Below are positions 27,659 through 41,500 of a stretch of 64,000 nucleotides of DNA, in pieces; position 1 is the first letter of the stretch, and every line of letters starts with the position of its first letter. A program made the translations under genes and the position numbers. Origin of the DNA: Octopus bimaculoides (lineage: Eukaryota); contig NC_068981.1 in assembly GCF_001194135.2 (NCBI RefSeq), positions 177,321,763 to 177,385,762 on the forward strand, written 5' to 3'. The notes under the pieces are model-generated. The model was given only the letters and a program-made list of their open reading frames with translations, searched no databases and was not told the DNA's origin.

Positions 27659-29404
27659 TCAGATATGCTATAAAAGAAATCATTTACAAATTTATAACAA
27701 GCAGTACGAGAAACTGTACACTTTGTTTCAGTTAAGTGAACCATATTTCGTATTCACAAACACGTACACACTGTATATGAGTGTACGCGCACTCCTGTAC
27801 ATGAAGTTTATCTCATTCATTACGTTACAAGTATCATATAAATCTTAGCGACGAAATTGAACCAATCCCCTCGCCAGGAAATATAAAGAGTTAGGATCTA
27901 TTCTGTTTGGTGATCGACTCGAATTAATTAATCGAGTTGACCACCAAACAGAATTAGATCCAAGAGTTATTCAAGGGAGGCAACTCCAAATATACTCTAC
28001 ACGTGATTTTTCAATTCTTTAATAACGAAGCATTAGAATTCCTTTCTGTTTAGGAAAAATTAGGCAAGTTAATAAGAAAAGCGTGAATTTTTTTACTGTT
28101 CGAATTCTGATTAAATAACTTTTTTTTTTTTTTTTTAATAGAAAATTTCAGTGAGGTCGAGGGAGAGGGAATTAGATAATGAAGACACGGTACAATCGAA
28201 ATAAAATCTACATAGAGTTAATAGTTTAGGGTTTTCTCTGCCTTTTACCCCTCCCGATAGTGAAACCTACAAAAAGTAATCTGCGGCACCCTTAGGAAAT
28301 TGAGATTTCCTAGTAGATCATTTTCCTTCGGATGATTCTGAAACTTATTTTCACTTAATCATTACATTTGTAGATAAATGTTGCAAAACTGAAAATATAA
28401 TATCAATAACAATTCATTTATACATACAATATTCGAGGTAAGTTCATGAGTATGTACCAAAACTATAATTTTAATGTTTCATATAGTCATTTAGAATGAA
28501 TATTATGAATTTTACTCGGTCCCTCAAGTGAAGAATTTTAAAAAATTCTAACTGTAATAACATCAGAATACGTCTATTCAAACAACGTGCAAACTCATTT
28601 AAAACGTCTAAATTGTACGTTTTTATTATTGTTTTGCTTTGCTTTAATACCTCATTTTCAATTATTTCCTTCTGTATTTTGCAGATAATATTCTAATACT
28701 AAATTCAAAAACATTCGTTGCCCGTTATATTTTAACATGAAAACCTCCCTGCTAAATTTTTAACCTTGACCTATTTCCGAGCGATCCGAAATAGTACGAA
28801 ACAGTTGGGATTCATTCAAAAGCATTCGCGATAAAATTTCTCACTTTTCTCTTCTTTCGAATATAGAACCTCGCAATAAGTGAAGATGAACCATTATTTT
28901 GTTTTCATTGCGCTCACAAAATCTGTCAATGCCTTGATTTAGGGGAAAAAATGTTATGGGAAATAATTCCTGCTAAAAGTTACCTCCCTTGAAATTATGG
29001 GACGTAACTTTTTTTTTCTTTTTGTATGTCTTATTTTAGTGTTATTAATTCTCCGAAAATTATCTTCGAATTCGTTTGTACTAAATCAATTGACTCAAGG
29101 TTTGCTTATTTCAGTTATTCTTTCATCTGCTCTAAAATGTGCCTTTTAGACAAATCCTTATAGTAATGAAGTCAGCAGAAGGCATGTATGTTAACCCATA
29201 AGGTGATTTTTAAAGTTCTATAAGCCCAAAACGAGACGGACACAACGGGAAAATCTTTGAATGTAGATTTTGCACGGCCAAGGCTCATCTAGAAATAAAC
29301 TACGGCAACAGCATTATACTGACTATAGTGAAATTTTATTTATATTGCGTTAAACTTCAATCAAATAAAACTGTACACACACAAAAGGTATATTTACGAA
29401 AATA

Positions 29405-29685
29405 AGTATTTTAGAGAACAATTGCAGCGTGGAAGGTATTTATAAGCCATTTAAGAAACACACAAAAACCGTTAGTTTCACTTCAACATTTAAATTTTAT
29501 TTGCCAATATATTTTCGTCGCTTTGAGACCGCGACCTGTTCACTGACAAAACTCTGTGGCACGGTCTTTGTGTGTTATTTTAAATGGCTTATAAACACCT
29601 TCCACGCTGCAATTGTTTTCGTTCCAGCACACGATCTCAGATCAGGTCACTGGCTACGCAAGTACATCTCCAGTATTTTAGAGAA
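29405..29685. mobile_element. Foldback insertion with about 57-bp inverted arms, probably a PLE pseudo-LTR with an inverted segment
   Basis: AACAATTGCAGCGTGGAAGGTATTTATAAGCCATTTAA...CCGT from 29417 is inverted ending at 29617. AGTATTTTAGAGAA is directly repeated at 29405-29418 and 29672-29685. The inverted and direct repeats are observed; the PLE assignment is inference. Confidence 0.6.
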
Positions 29686-31436
29686 ATCCACACAATCTAA
29701 ATTGGTAAGAATCTAATCTTACACATAACAAATAAAGTATAGAAAATAACTTCAACAAATTTGATAAGTGTCAGCTAATCAATTTATTTATATGAACTAG
29801 TGTGAAGTGAATGTATTTTCTTTCTAATTTTAAATATATACCTTGACTAATTATTGAAGTAGCTGAATTATTTTTGAGAAAAATGAAACATTCTCTAATT
29901 CTTTTACATACGTTCATTTAAGTAAGAATATGTAATCAATTTAAAGTATTTATTATTTTGAAAACTCACGTATAGAGTATTTATTATATTTAAGAAATTA
30001 TCTTACTCTTAAATTCTGTTTGAATTCTAACCACTAAAAAGTTATAGAGTAAAGCTTATACATTAAATGTAAGAATCGCTTAAAACTTATGCCCTTTTTG
30101 CAATAATAAACCTATCCGAAGTACAAGATTTCAAAAATTACAGATAAAAAGAAAATGATTATAAAGAGCACAAAATCTGAAATTTGTGGAGAAGGATCAG
30201 TCAAATAGAAAACAAGTACCAGTATTTGATTAGTATTTTTTTATTGGAAGTGTGGCATAAAGTCAACACTGAAAGAATAAGAGGAAACTTGATCTCGGCA
30301 TGAACTGAACTCCGAACGTGAAGCCATACTTAAATACTGCAAAGAGTTTTGTTCGACGCGCTGATGTTTCTGGCAATCCACCACTAATAATGATTTTTCT
30401 TTCTAAATATCATTTACAGTTTTTATATAATGGTTAAATCAAGGGAAATAAATCTTATTTTTGGCATAATTTGTTCATAGAATTATCTCCCTTCCATACC
30501 CATTCTTAGGATATTTAGTTTTTCATTAATGAATGCCTTTTTAAAGAGTTTAAATAACTTTAAACTATTTGTTTCCTGTATTTCTAAGTAGAAAACTTCC
30601 ATTCACATTTCTTCGTTACACTTAAGATTCACGGGAATGTTAAATCTGTGACAAGCGTCCATCAATCATTGTAGTCCACGTCTTTGAATAAGAATTCTGT
30701 CGTTCGGCATTCATCACCAAGCGAATATCTTCCTTCACTGCAAATTTCTATTTGCAAATCAAATTCTTTCATGTTTTTCTTTAAGCTTTAATGGTTCTTG
30801 TATATTCTCTTTCAGTTTTCAATACTTGATACAACATATGTCACTAAAACATCAGTTGCTGGATTTAACTGATATACCTACTATACACCAGTAATCTCTT
30901 CTTACCATAAACATGCTTTTGGTAATTAATTTTTCCATTTATTTATAATGCATTCTAGTGCTTTGCATACTAACTCCTTGGAACATTTTTACAGAATATT
31001 AATTTTCCTCCTTTATGAAATATCTACATTACAGCAATTACCTGCCAGAGAGAAGCATATGATAACTATACTATGGAATATAACTCAAACAAGTTTCTGA
31101 AATAAAGAAATTTACACAACTAGTATCATTTCAAGCAACATGATTAAAGACTTATGAAATTCCTGTATCAGAATGCTGAATGCTGTACACTTCAGTTATG
31201 ATTGATTGTATTGGGAAATCAGTTGCATGCCCATATGAAAAACCAACATTATAGTGATCCAACAAAGGAACATCTACAGGTTACTAAACTTGCTACAGAT
31301 CCTAAATATTCCAAAAATGATGTCATGGTCACTGTTTGAAGGCTGCTGATGGTAGGTTTGCTCAATATGAATTAACTTGGGGCATATGAAAATAATACAT
31401 AAACAATAAAACTACAATTACCATACTAACACTTAC

Positions 31437-31490
31437 ATATTCTGTGTTTCTCAAGTTCATATAATAATACATTTGAAAGGTTCCTTGAAA
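31437..31490 (-). CDS. Candidate exon (54 nt) of an unidentified host gene
   Basis: Acceptor ctattattattgcag, donor gtaagt. Reads SRNLSNVLLYELEKHRI in phase 1, or FKEPFKCIII* in phase 2. Confidence 0.4.
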
Positions 31491-31742
31491 CTGCAATAAT
31501 AATAGATGACAATACCATTGTTTAGAATTCACTTCTGACAACTCATAAACTTATTCCATTTTGTGAACTTTGATTCCTGGTAACACAGACCACAACTAGT
31601 TTCTTCATTCTAGTGATTTATTTTGCAATGATAAATATACCTTGATATAGATTTCAATATTTCAAAAAACTATTTCATCAAACATTTTAAATATTTTCAT
31701 GAATACTATCTATTTACTCATAAACAAATAATATAGCAATAC

Positions 31743-31799
31743 TCCTCCTGCAACATAGCTCTGTAACATTTGTGATTAAACCACTTAAGAATTTTGTAA
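31743..31799 (-). CDS. Candidate exon (57 nt) of an unidentified host gene
   Basis: Acceptor catttttgttttcattgcag, donor gtattg. Reads TKFLSGLITNVTELCCRR (phase 1) or YKILKWFNHKCYRAMLQE (phase 2); both are phase-compatible with 31437-31490. Confidence 0.4.
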
Positions 31800-34700
31800 C
31801 TGCAATGAAAACAAAAATGTTTCTATGTAATAAAAATTATACAAACATACTTTAGGAATGCTGAACTATCATGAAAACAAAATGAAGAAAAATTAAGTCG
31901 TATTTAAGAAACAGAGATTTGACGAAGATATTGATATTTGTATACAAATTCCCTTCCAGAGTATGTTAGAAGTAAAATATAGACATGCTTCTTCAATAAG
32001 CCTTCATTCAACATAGCCAAACAAATGTAATGTAGTTTCTTAAACTACATTATTAGTTTAACTGCTGTTTATATAGCTGCTGCTCAGAAAGATAATTTTA
32101 TTTATAGTTATAGTTAAATAGTTGGTCCCCAATCAAAGTACACTTGCTGTTAATCATTGATCATCATTCCAATTAACATCTTCAAATATCGTTTTAACAT
32201 ATATTTGTTTCCTATGTTGGCAGGAATAAAATAAGTTTACTTGAACTTATTTGGCACCAAGCCCATCTATACACTCCAAACAGCATAATGTAACCTAATT
32301 CTGAGTCATAAACATTTCATGATAATATTTAATGTTACAAAAGTTGACTATATTTCACTTGATGTTGTTATGAAACATTACAGAAAAACTAGAACAGGTG
32401 GCCTTCACATCGAACAAACCAAACAAGATACAGCAGTGTTCTTTCTGTATTATTCATCTAAAAATACTGAATTCAGTTGGATGGTTTTGAATTCCAACAA
32501 ATGCTATGGCCTCCAAAAAGACACAGTGAAACACCTCAAGCCAGAAATATAATCATTTATTAAATGGAATATGTTTTCTAAAGCATTTCAGGTGAAATAC
32601 ATTGTTTTCAACTAAACTGGAATTGCGTATCTCACAGTTAAACTGAGACTGCTATTGACCTGACCTGATGTAGCCATATTCTTACAAAAACAAATACTAG
32701 CACTTAGAGCATTAAATAGGTGCAGGTATAGCTATGTAGCTAAGAAGTTTTCTTCGCAATCACATGATTCCAAGTTTCATCCCACTGAGCAACAACAGTT
32801 TTTTATATTTTTCTATAGCCTTGGATTGACCAAATCTTTGTGAATGGAATTTGGTAAACTGTATGGAAGCCTCTGTGTGTGTGTGTGTGTGTGTGTGTAA
32901 AGGAGGTGTATGTGTGTATGCATGTGTGCATCCTTTCATGCCAAAAAGTAACTCAGCTTTTGATAGATAGACATAAATAAAATAAATATCAGACTGGAAT
33001 AAATACTGGAATTAATATGACTGACTAAAAAAGATCTCAAAGGTGATGTCATATCATGGCCGAGTCCAATGACTGAAACCAGTAATGAATTATGCTAAAA
33101 AATTTGTAATTGCGTTTTAACAACTAATTCTCTTTAAGAAAATAACATGCTCATAATAAGATTATTCCTCCACTTTATAACTTATTCTGCAACAATATTT
33201 CATTAAATAATCATAACTTTACTTGACACATAAACAGTTACTTCTCACCTTATTTGCTTAAATTAAACCTTTTTTAACATATGTACAAACAATGTTTGGA
33301 TCTTTTGTTTGTTACAATGGATGGTTTGGTCTACTTGTTATGATAGACTCTAATCACATGGTAACTTAGACAACACTAATTCTAGATATAAAAATAAAAT
33401 ATTTACACATAAACAACTTTACTTGTGAAGTGTACCAGTAATCCCATGTCAAACAAAATTACAGTCAATAAACACCAACCTGTGTTCTCTATTCAGTATC
33501 CTTACCAAAATTAAATATAGATCTAATCTTGCCAAATGGTTAAGTGAATATAAAACATAAGCATATCTGAAACTATTTTGGTACTGTTAGGTGATGAAAT
33601 AATTGGAAAATTGATATGAAATTAATAAATTTTATTTTATAACGAATTATTGTAAGTGAGTAACAGTTTTTCAGGTTTAAATAGAGCTTCCCTGATGACC
33701 ACAATTCAATGTAATCAAAAATCATCTTTTAATTCTATTAAAATGATAAATGTAAAATTTTAAAATATATTTTTAAACTTATATATTTGTTCTATATGAT
33801 TAGTATATTAGGCTACAAGGATGACATTCAGCAAAGCAGTATTTAAATTGGCTAAGTAGAATGCCTGATTAAAAGGTATATCAATTTAATTGCTAATTTA
33901 ATGTATTGCAATTCAAATTAAAAGCTAAAATGTTGAAGATAGATGATTCTTTTGGATTTATTTACTTGAGTTTAAAACTTCCAGATAATACTTTTAATGT
34001 ACATTTATTATAATGTCACAATTTTAGGACAATATATTATATTTAAATTATAAAAATTACCGCCACCCTATCAGAAATAAATGTAGCTTTGTTTGAATTA
34101 AATTTTCTCACCTAATAATTATTTATGACAAATAAAAAAATTTATACATAAACAATTTAATGAGAACCAAAGTATTTTCTTATTTACATTCCTTAGTTTT
34201 ATTTAAATAACAACTAAGGCCCAGAAAGCTGTGGTCCCAGTTCACATGTTGCTATATGATTCATTTGTCAATATTTTTAACAAGCTCCCACTGGGGAACT
34301 TGTCAATTCCATCTCTTTTTATCACCCACAGTTTATGATATAGCTGTAACGATGCATGCCTGATAACAACCTGCACTGCATCAACTGAACAAATAAATAA
34401 TATCGAAGATTTTGTAAAGAAAGCAGCAGTACACCTCTTTAATAGTTTTCTGATACTAACAAAATGCTAATATATTGATCTGTACTGTCGACACAACAGA
34501 TTTCCGATTACAAAGCAAGCATCTGCTCATTGTCTGCCAGTGGTCAGATGTTATGATAAATTGAATATCTATGAGAATAACAATACATTTTGGTAATTTT
34601 GCACCACTCACTTCTGATGATACACTACAAGTACTACTGCATTAGATGTTTGAAGTCTCAATAGAAAGCTCTGCTGCCTTTGATATTGTATGTACTCACA

Positions 34701-34834
34701 AAGCAGACTGTTAAGGCTATAGATGCCATGCATTTACTTATGCTACAAAGCTCTAGTGCTACTGGTACTCATTGTGCAGTAACAAAATATAAAATTTTAT
34801 TGCTGCTGATACTACACGTGTGTGTGCGTGTGTG

Positions 34835-34882
<48 letters not shown>

Positions 34883-35755
34883 CTCACAATACAAAGCTGT
34901 GATGCCACATTGTTATTTATGTCAGATGATCAGTGTAAATAGAAGTAGCTGTCATCTTTATTACTGTCTAACTGCTGTTGCTGATCTTGAGTAGTTTTTC
35001 ATTTTCTATCAATATCTTTTGATAATTACTGTCTGCTGTTGATATTCTGTAATGAATGATTCCATCTAATATGAACTTTCATAACCTATTGAAATCCTCC
35101 TGTCAAGAATTATAAGTCAAATCAGTATGAGCTATTCATCATACTTAGTTTACTTTTATTAATAACTCATATTACCATTAACTATGTTACCCCCATTTTC
35201 TAACCCTAACCTTGTCACTATAGACTTTGATTAGAAATGGTGCTACAAATGTTAGGTTAATTTTAGCCATACTTTTCTTTATATATATACATATTCCATT
35301 ATAATTAATATAGTTTTTGTCAAAACATTTTGGCTTATTACAATATTGTAGGAAATATAAATGTCTGGAGATAATTAAGCTTCAGAAGACAAAACTTCAT
35401 TTAAGACATGTTTCCCAGGGATAATTCAGTAGGTAGCATATCATCCAATCATCATAATATTTCATGAGCAATGAGAATCTCAGAAAGGTTCAATATAAAC
35501 AACACCAGATTTTGGGGGATTTTATATGTGCTTTGGTGGTGAAATTGTCTGCTTTTTTTGTATCTATTCTGAAGAAATAAAGAAAACAATAGTTTAAGAG
35601 TTCCAGCTAACCAACAAACTCTAAAAATCAGATTCTGTGACTCTATTTTATTGGAATTGCTACTTTTCAGAGATAATTAACTAATTACTACTAGTAGTAG
35701 GAATTTTTTCTAATCCCAAGAAACAAAGAGCAATGTATGCTATACAAATGTAACT

Positions 35756-35794
<39 letters not shown>

Positions 35795-35796
<2 letters not shown>

Positions 35797-36087
35797 TTGT
35801 TTCAGTCCTTAGACAGTGGCTGTGCTAGGGCACAGACTTTAGTGAGAACTTGCATTTTAAAGTCTGGTACTTATTCTATCAGTCTCTTTTTGCCAAACCA
35901 CTAAGTTACAGGGACATAAACAAACCAATACCAGTAGTCAAGCAGTGGAAGAGAACAGACACAAATACACACTGATGTATACATATATACAGACAATGGG
36001 CGTCTTTCAATTTTTGCCCACCAATCCACTTACAAAGCTTTGATCAGCCCAGCTTTGATACAGTAGAACACACTTTCCCAAGGTACT

Positions 36088-36095
<8 letters not shown>
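35795..36095 (-). mobile_element. SINE family B, CpG-decayed
   Basis: CTTGTTTCAGTC...GGTACTTATTCTATCAGTCTCTTTTTGCCAAACCACTAAGTTACAGGGACATAAAC; expected CG positions read CA or TG. Confidence 0.75.
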
Positions 36096-36142
<47 letters not shown>

Positions 36143-36333
36143 CCAAGAAGTAAGAAATGGAATAGGTAAAACACAGGCTACAAATGTTTTATAGAAATAA
36201 ATGTTTGTTGTATAAATTGTAACCTACATAGAACCAGCTTAACTTATAGGTAATAGGACCTGAAATTTAGCTAAGTTGGTTCTGTGTAACAAGCATCGAT
36301 TTGCTATGAAATGTTTGCAGTCCATATTTTTAC

Positions 36334-36389
36334 CTGTTTCAATTCTTGCTTTCTTGGGTCTTTATCTACATTTTTAGGAAATTTAGGTG
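36334..36389 (-). CDS. Weak candidate exon (56 nt)
   Basis: Acceptor cttatgctttag, donor CAG|gtaaaa. Open frame PKFPKNVDKDPRKQELKQ. Confidence 0.25.
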
Positions 36390-36587
36390 CTAAAGCATAA
36401 GTTCAGCTTATTGAAATTTCTTTTGATTTCAATATAGGACAAAGTATGTAACTTACAATGTTAGTATAATTGTTTTATCATATTTTGCCCCACCTTTGTC
36501 ATCTATACTAGCCGCATAAATGCTTGAAGCATACTAACTTCCTACACTTGGATCCCTGGATTGTACATCCCTATTACTATATATTAT

Positions 36588-37510
36588 CATCATCATCATC
36601 ATCATCATCATCATCGTTTAACGTCCGTTTTCCATACTGGCAAGGGTTGGATGGTTCAACTGAGGTATGGGAAGCCAGAAGGCACCATTAAAAGCAAGTG
36701 CACCATCATCCATGTGGACACATTTCTCTCCTATGACATCGCAATTTTCTCTCACACACCGTCTTGCACTACAAAATACTTCAGTTCTTTGGTCCTCACA
36801 ATGCTGGACATTCGCAAACTTCTTTTCTGCTTCACCCTTGGCTATGTCTACCTGTCACCCAGCCTCCCTTCTGGCTATCTGGTACAGTTCCCTGGTACTC
36901 CCACCCTTCCAGGCTTACCAAGCCTTTTTCTTTGCTCTAATGGCTTTGTCTACCGTATTATTCCACCACCACACTACTCTAGGTCTGGAAGCGACTTTGC
37001 ACCATCCAGAGACTTGGTCTGTGGCACTCAGTAAGCTGTCCCATAGGAATTTCCAGCAACCTTCTATGTCCGATGTCTGTAGTTCCTCCTCCCTCTCATC
37101 AAATTTCTTGATGAGGATGTCCCTAAATCTCTGACCACGTGAAGGGTTCTTTAGCTTCCAAATCCTTCTTTTCTGGATTCATCTGCTTCTTGAAATCCTT
37201 CTGGCCTCGAGTCTAAAGTCACTAATGACTCGTCTATGCTGGGGGTGGGGACATTCTTCACCTGGAAGGGTCTTTGTATTTAAGAGCAACTCTGTGTCCT
37301 GCTGTCTGGTGAGGATGAAATCAATCTGGCTAGCAGAGTCACCTGATTGATAGGTTATCAGGTGGCTGTCTGGCTTCCTGAAGTTAGTGTTGCAGATTAA
37401 TAGGTTGCATGCATCACAGAACTCCAGTAGCCTAGTTCCCTCATCGTTTCGGGAACCAATACCATGGCCCCTGTGTACACCAGTGAAGATACCTGACTAC
37501 CATTCCAAAG
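36588..37510 (-). mobile_element. RTE-clade LINE relic: endonuclease C-terminus and linker joined to the 3' tail, RT absent
   Basis: Minus strand: GHGIGSRNDEGTRLLEFCDACNLLICNTNFRKPDSHLITYQSGDSASQIDFIL, then WKLK...WWWNNTVDKAIRAKKKAW. Ends GGAAAACGGACGTTAAAC(GAT)n. Confidence 0.88.
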
Positions 37511-37671
37511 CCAGTGATACTTAAAAAGCCAAATTGTTTGGCAAAGCAATCTTTGTTTTTAAAGTGATTTAATTCATAAAGGTCTTCTTTTTAAATTGGT
37601 TTACATATGAAATTTTACTTTACATGATAGTAAATCAATAGAGTTAGAAAAGTAGAGCTGAAGTAAAGCTA

Positions 37672-38585
37672 CGAGGTCGTATCAAAAAATTCCCAGACTA
37701 GTTCTGTAGAGCACCAACAGATGGNNNNNNNNNNCAAAAAATTCCCAGACTAGTTCTGTAGAGCACCAACAGATGGCAGCACACAGTTGCATGAGCAGTG
37801 AGAGCTAGCAATCACCTTCATGAGGCAGTGTACCAAGTGACATCACTGTGTTTACTTCGCAAGTTGTGAAATTTGTGTTTTGGGGATAACATATATGCTA
37901 TTTTGTAGTCTGCAATTTTGCCGTGGACATCAACAAAGAGCCAATGTGAAATTTTGCATTAAACTTGGCAAGTCTGCTACAGAGACATTGAGCATGCTTT
38001 GGCAAGCTTACAGCAGCAAAGCAAAGGGTCATACACAATGTTTCGAGTGGCAGAGGGGCTTCAAAAGTGGAAGAATGTCCCTGGAAGCCAATGAGCAGTC
38101 TGGAAGATCTGCCATAAGCATCACACCTACTGCGACATTTTGAAGCATTTGAGGGAGGACATTCAGTGAAAGTGACCGGATCTGTGGCGGGCAAAGAATT
38201 GGATTCTTCACAACGACAATACACCCTATCAATGAGCTCTCCTTACTCATGATTTTCTTTCCAAAAACAACATGGTATTGCTTCCACACATGGCCTATTC
38301 ACCAGATTTAGCACCTGCGGACTTTCATCTCTTCCCCAGGATGAAAATGCAGCTCAGAGGTCGCCATTCTAACTATGTTGTCAAGATCCAGAGTGAATCA
38401 CAGAAGGTCCTCAAATTGCTTATGGAAAACGAGTTCCAGGACGGATTCCAAAAGTGGCAGGAACGTTGAGATCAGTGTAATGCTGCACAAGGTGACTATT
38501 TCGAAGGAGATGATGTTAAAACTTAAGTAAATAAGTTATTCTTTATTAAACATAACTAATCTGGGAACCTTTTGATACCACCTCA
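37672..38585 (+). mobile_element. Internally deleted, decayed mariner
   Basis: TA-CGAGGTCGTATCAAAAAATTCCCAGACT and AATCTGGGAACCTTTTGATACCACCTCA TIRs. Motifs QRANVKFCIKLGKSATET, WILHNDN, YSPDLAPADFHLFP, FQKW. The WVP to GDE region is missing. Confidence 0.9.
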
Positions 38586-41500
38586 CATGATATCCTATTA
38601 GGTCAATGTCTGAAACTTTTTAAACACAGAACTCACAATAACATTACCAGCAGCTTTATATTTTCATAGACTAAGCTTATAAAATAGAAATATTTCTTCA
38701 ATAAAATAAACCTTTAATGATAAATAGAAATCAGTTCTATTAAAAAAAAAATTAAAATCTGCTATAATGATATAGGACAGTTTAAAATTGTAGAGAAAGC
38801 AGTCACTCATTTGTAATTTAGACCTTCATGTGTACACTCACATCTGCAAGTTACAAAATCTCAGATTGTTGAGAAAAGAAAATTTGATGATACTCATACT
38901 TTTGTCAGAAGAAGTAAAATTACCCACAATTCAAATCAGAGCTTCACAAAAAAATTTGTATCTAAATGAAGCACACTTTATTTGCTAGAAATTACTGAGT
39001 GTGAAATCTTATTCATATGATATTATGTAGAGTAGAAAAAACATTATTTTTGGATATTTATTATATCTGAAATTGTTTTGTGTATGTGTGCAAAATTATA
39101 ATTTGTCTTTTGTTAAATATATAAAACAATTAGATAAATTGTAATTTTGGAGGATTATCTTTTTAATTGATTATATGCGTAATTTATACTTGATGACTCA
39201 TTCATAACAAAGCATTGACCACTACCCGGAAAAGGTCTGGCCAAGAACCAATAACAATTAATAACAGCCTCATGACTATGTTTCAACTAAACAGGAGATA
39301 GGAAGAGGGGCTGTGAAATATTTATGAATGTATTCAGGAACATAAGGATATGGTTCTACTAGTTTACTTCTCATCAATTTATTTTAAAGTAAAAAGAAAA
39401 TCAGACGCAGAGCATAAAATGCTAGACTATTAAATGATAGAATGAAACAATTCACAACAGCTAAATCTTACGTCTGAAATTCTGATTTAATTCTGAATGA
39501 AATCAAAATATCTATTGCATCACATTCATACTGCATGTAGGTGTCTATGTATGTTGGTGTACATATGTTACAGCAATTAGCATTATAAACAATACTTCTC
39601 CTAGATTACAGAAATTGCACTAGCACTAAACCTGATTAATGCTGTAATGGGTGACTTTCAGAAATTCCCATATGGATTCTAATTGGGTGTTAATCTTCTG
39701 TAGATTATACAACTGTAGTAGTATTCCATGTGCTATCATATGGACAATTGCAAAACAATTACAGCAATATGTCATTGACAAAAGAAAAACACAACACTCA
39801 CAAAACACATACTTATATCACTCTTTAGTGGCATGAAACAAATAAATCAATGAAAGCTTGCAAAATTTTCCTTTCGGGTAATATGAACTGACTAATTACA
39901 GGGATTAAAATGGAAATAAGGTTGTTTTTTTTTAAATGAAAATTTCTGCATACAGTTTCTAAAGTGGGAATAATTTATAAACAGTTTTTTTTTTTTAACT
40001 GCAACTGTAATTAACTAATTACATTATATCAGCTACATAGTGTCAGCTGACTGTCATCCATTAACATCATTATCACCATTGATTTGTTGTTTACTTTTTA
40101 TATACCTGTCTCATCCATGTTTGTCAAGGTCGTCTATTATTTGTGTGAGATGAGACTGAATTCAGAGTAACATTGTTTGGAATGAATGACAAGACAGGAA
40201 ATAGGCAGATATAGAATAGTGGTTCAGTAGTTTGAATAGAATTGGCCAGTCATGGATAGACAAGTTGTTTGTGTTTGAGGTCTTAGTTTTTTTGTTTGGT
40301 AAATAGTTTTGTGAGATGTGCAGCTTTAACTTAGTGAATTTGTTTGGGATATGCTGTATGGCTGGTGTATATTGTACTGGGAAATAAGGGCTGGTTCACT
40401 GAGCCTGCAGCTGGCCTAGCTGGTTGGCAGCTGGCCATAAGTAGCAACTGGAACAGAATTAATTACTCACCTTTTCATAATTATTAAAAAAAAAAATTTT
40501 TTTTTAAATAAGCTCTGTATATGTGTTAGTATTAACATGTGTACTTTTATACGTGTGTTTATAGATATTTTAAAGATTTGTATATGTGTATATTGTTAGT
40601 ACCTGCCTGCTCATATCTGTATAAAAGCACATGCATTTGTGTGCATGATTTTGTATTTTCTCATATATTTTTTGTAACAAAAGATTTTTTTTTTCTATAT
40701 TCAACAATTTACAATAATATGAAGTAGAATTCTTTAAAAAATATAATTGTCCTTGCACCTAGACAGTGTTTAGAATGGCGTGACAAGATGACTAATGAAA
40801 ATCAAAAGTTTTTGTCAATTAAAGATGGCTATACTATCATGATCAGGATAGGTCTGTAATTTTGCATTTTTCAGTGCATCTTGTTCATAAAGGTAATGTA
40901 TTAAGATCTGATCAAATAATTTTTTCTCTTCACAGTTATTTTTCTTCTTCTTTGGGTCTGCCCTACTAATTAATGTATTATAAATATCTTTTTCAGTTCT
41001 AGTAGCATTAAGTGAAAGATAGTTAAATCTTCTCCTAGCTAGAACACTGGTCTATTGCAGCTAGCTTTCTCTACAGAAGGGATCAAACTTGGTACTGCAA
41101 GTGAAGAACAAATCACTCACCAAGGCCACAGCATATCTAGTTAAAGATTGACCTATAACCACACAGAATACCAGTGACAAAATATTAAACATCAGCCTCT
41201 TGTTTGATAATATTATCAATGCAGTCAGTCCTCTACTTTTTCATTAGCCTTACTTAAGCAAGACATTTGTTTTATAAAACTATGTTGAAAGAATACCACT
41301 ATCAAACTGGGTGATATTTTCAGTAGACAAAGTTCAGTTTCAATCTGGAACCAATTCAATTAAATCCCTAAATTTTAAAGATTACCCCAAATGATCTGAA
41401 TCTTTATATCTATGTAAAAAAAAAAAAAAATCATTATATTCTAATATTAATTGTACTTATTATATACTATAGTTTTCTATAATGTTACCATAACAGACAG

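Noticed and set aside
37683-37776. 42-bp direct repeat at the mariner left end
   Set aside because: The copies are identical and separated exactly by a 10-N gap, typical of an unmerged contig overlap.
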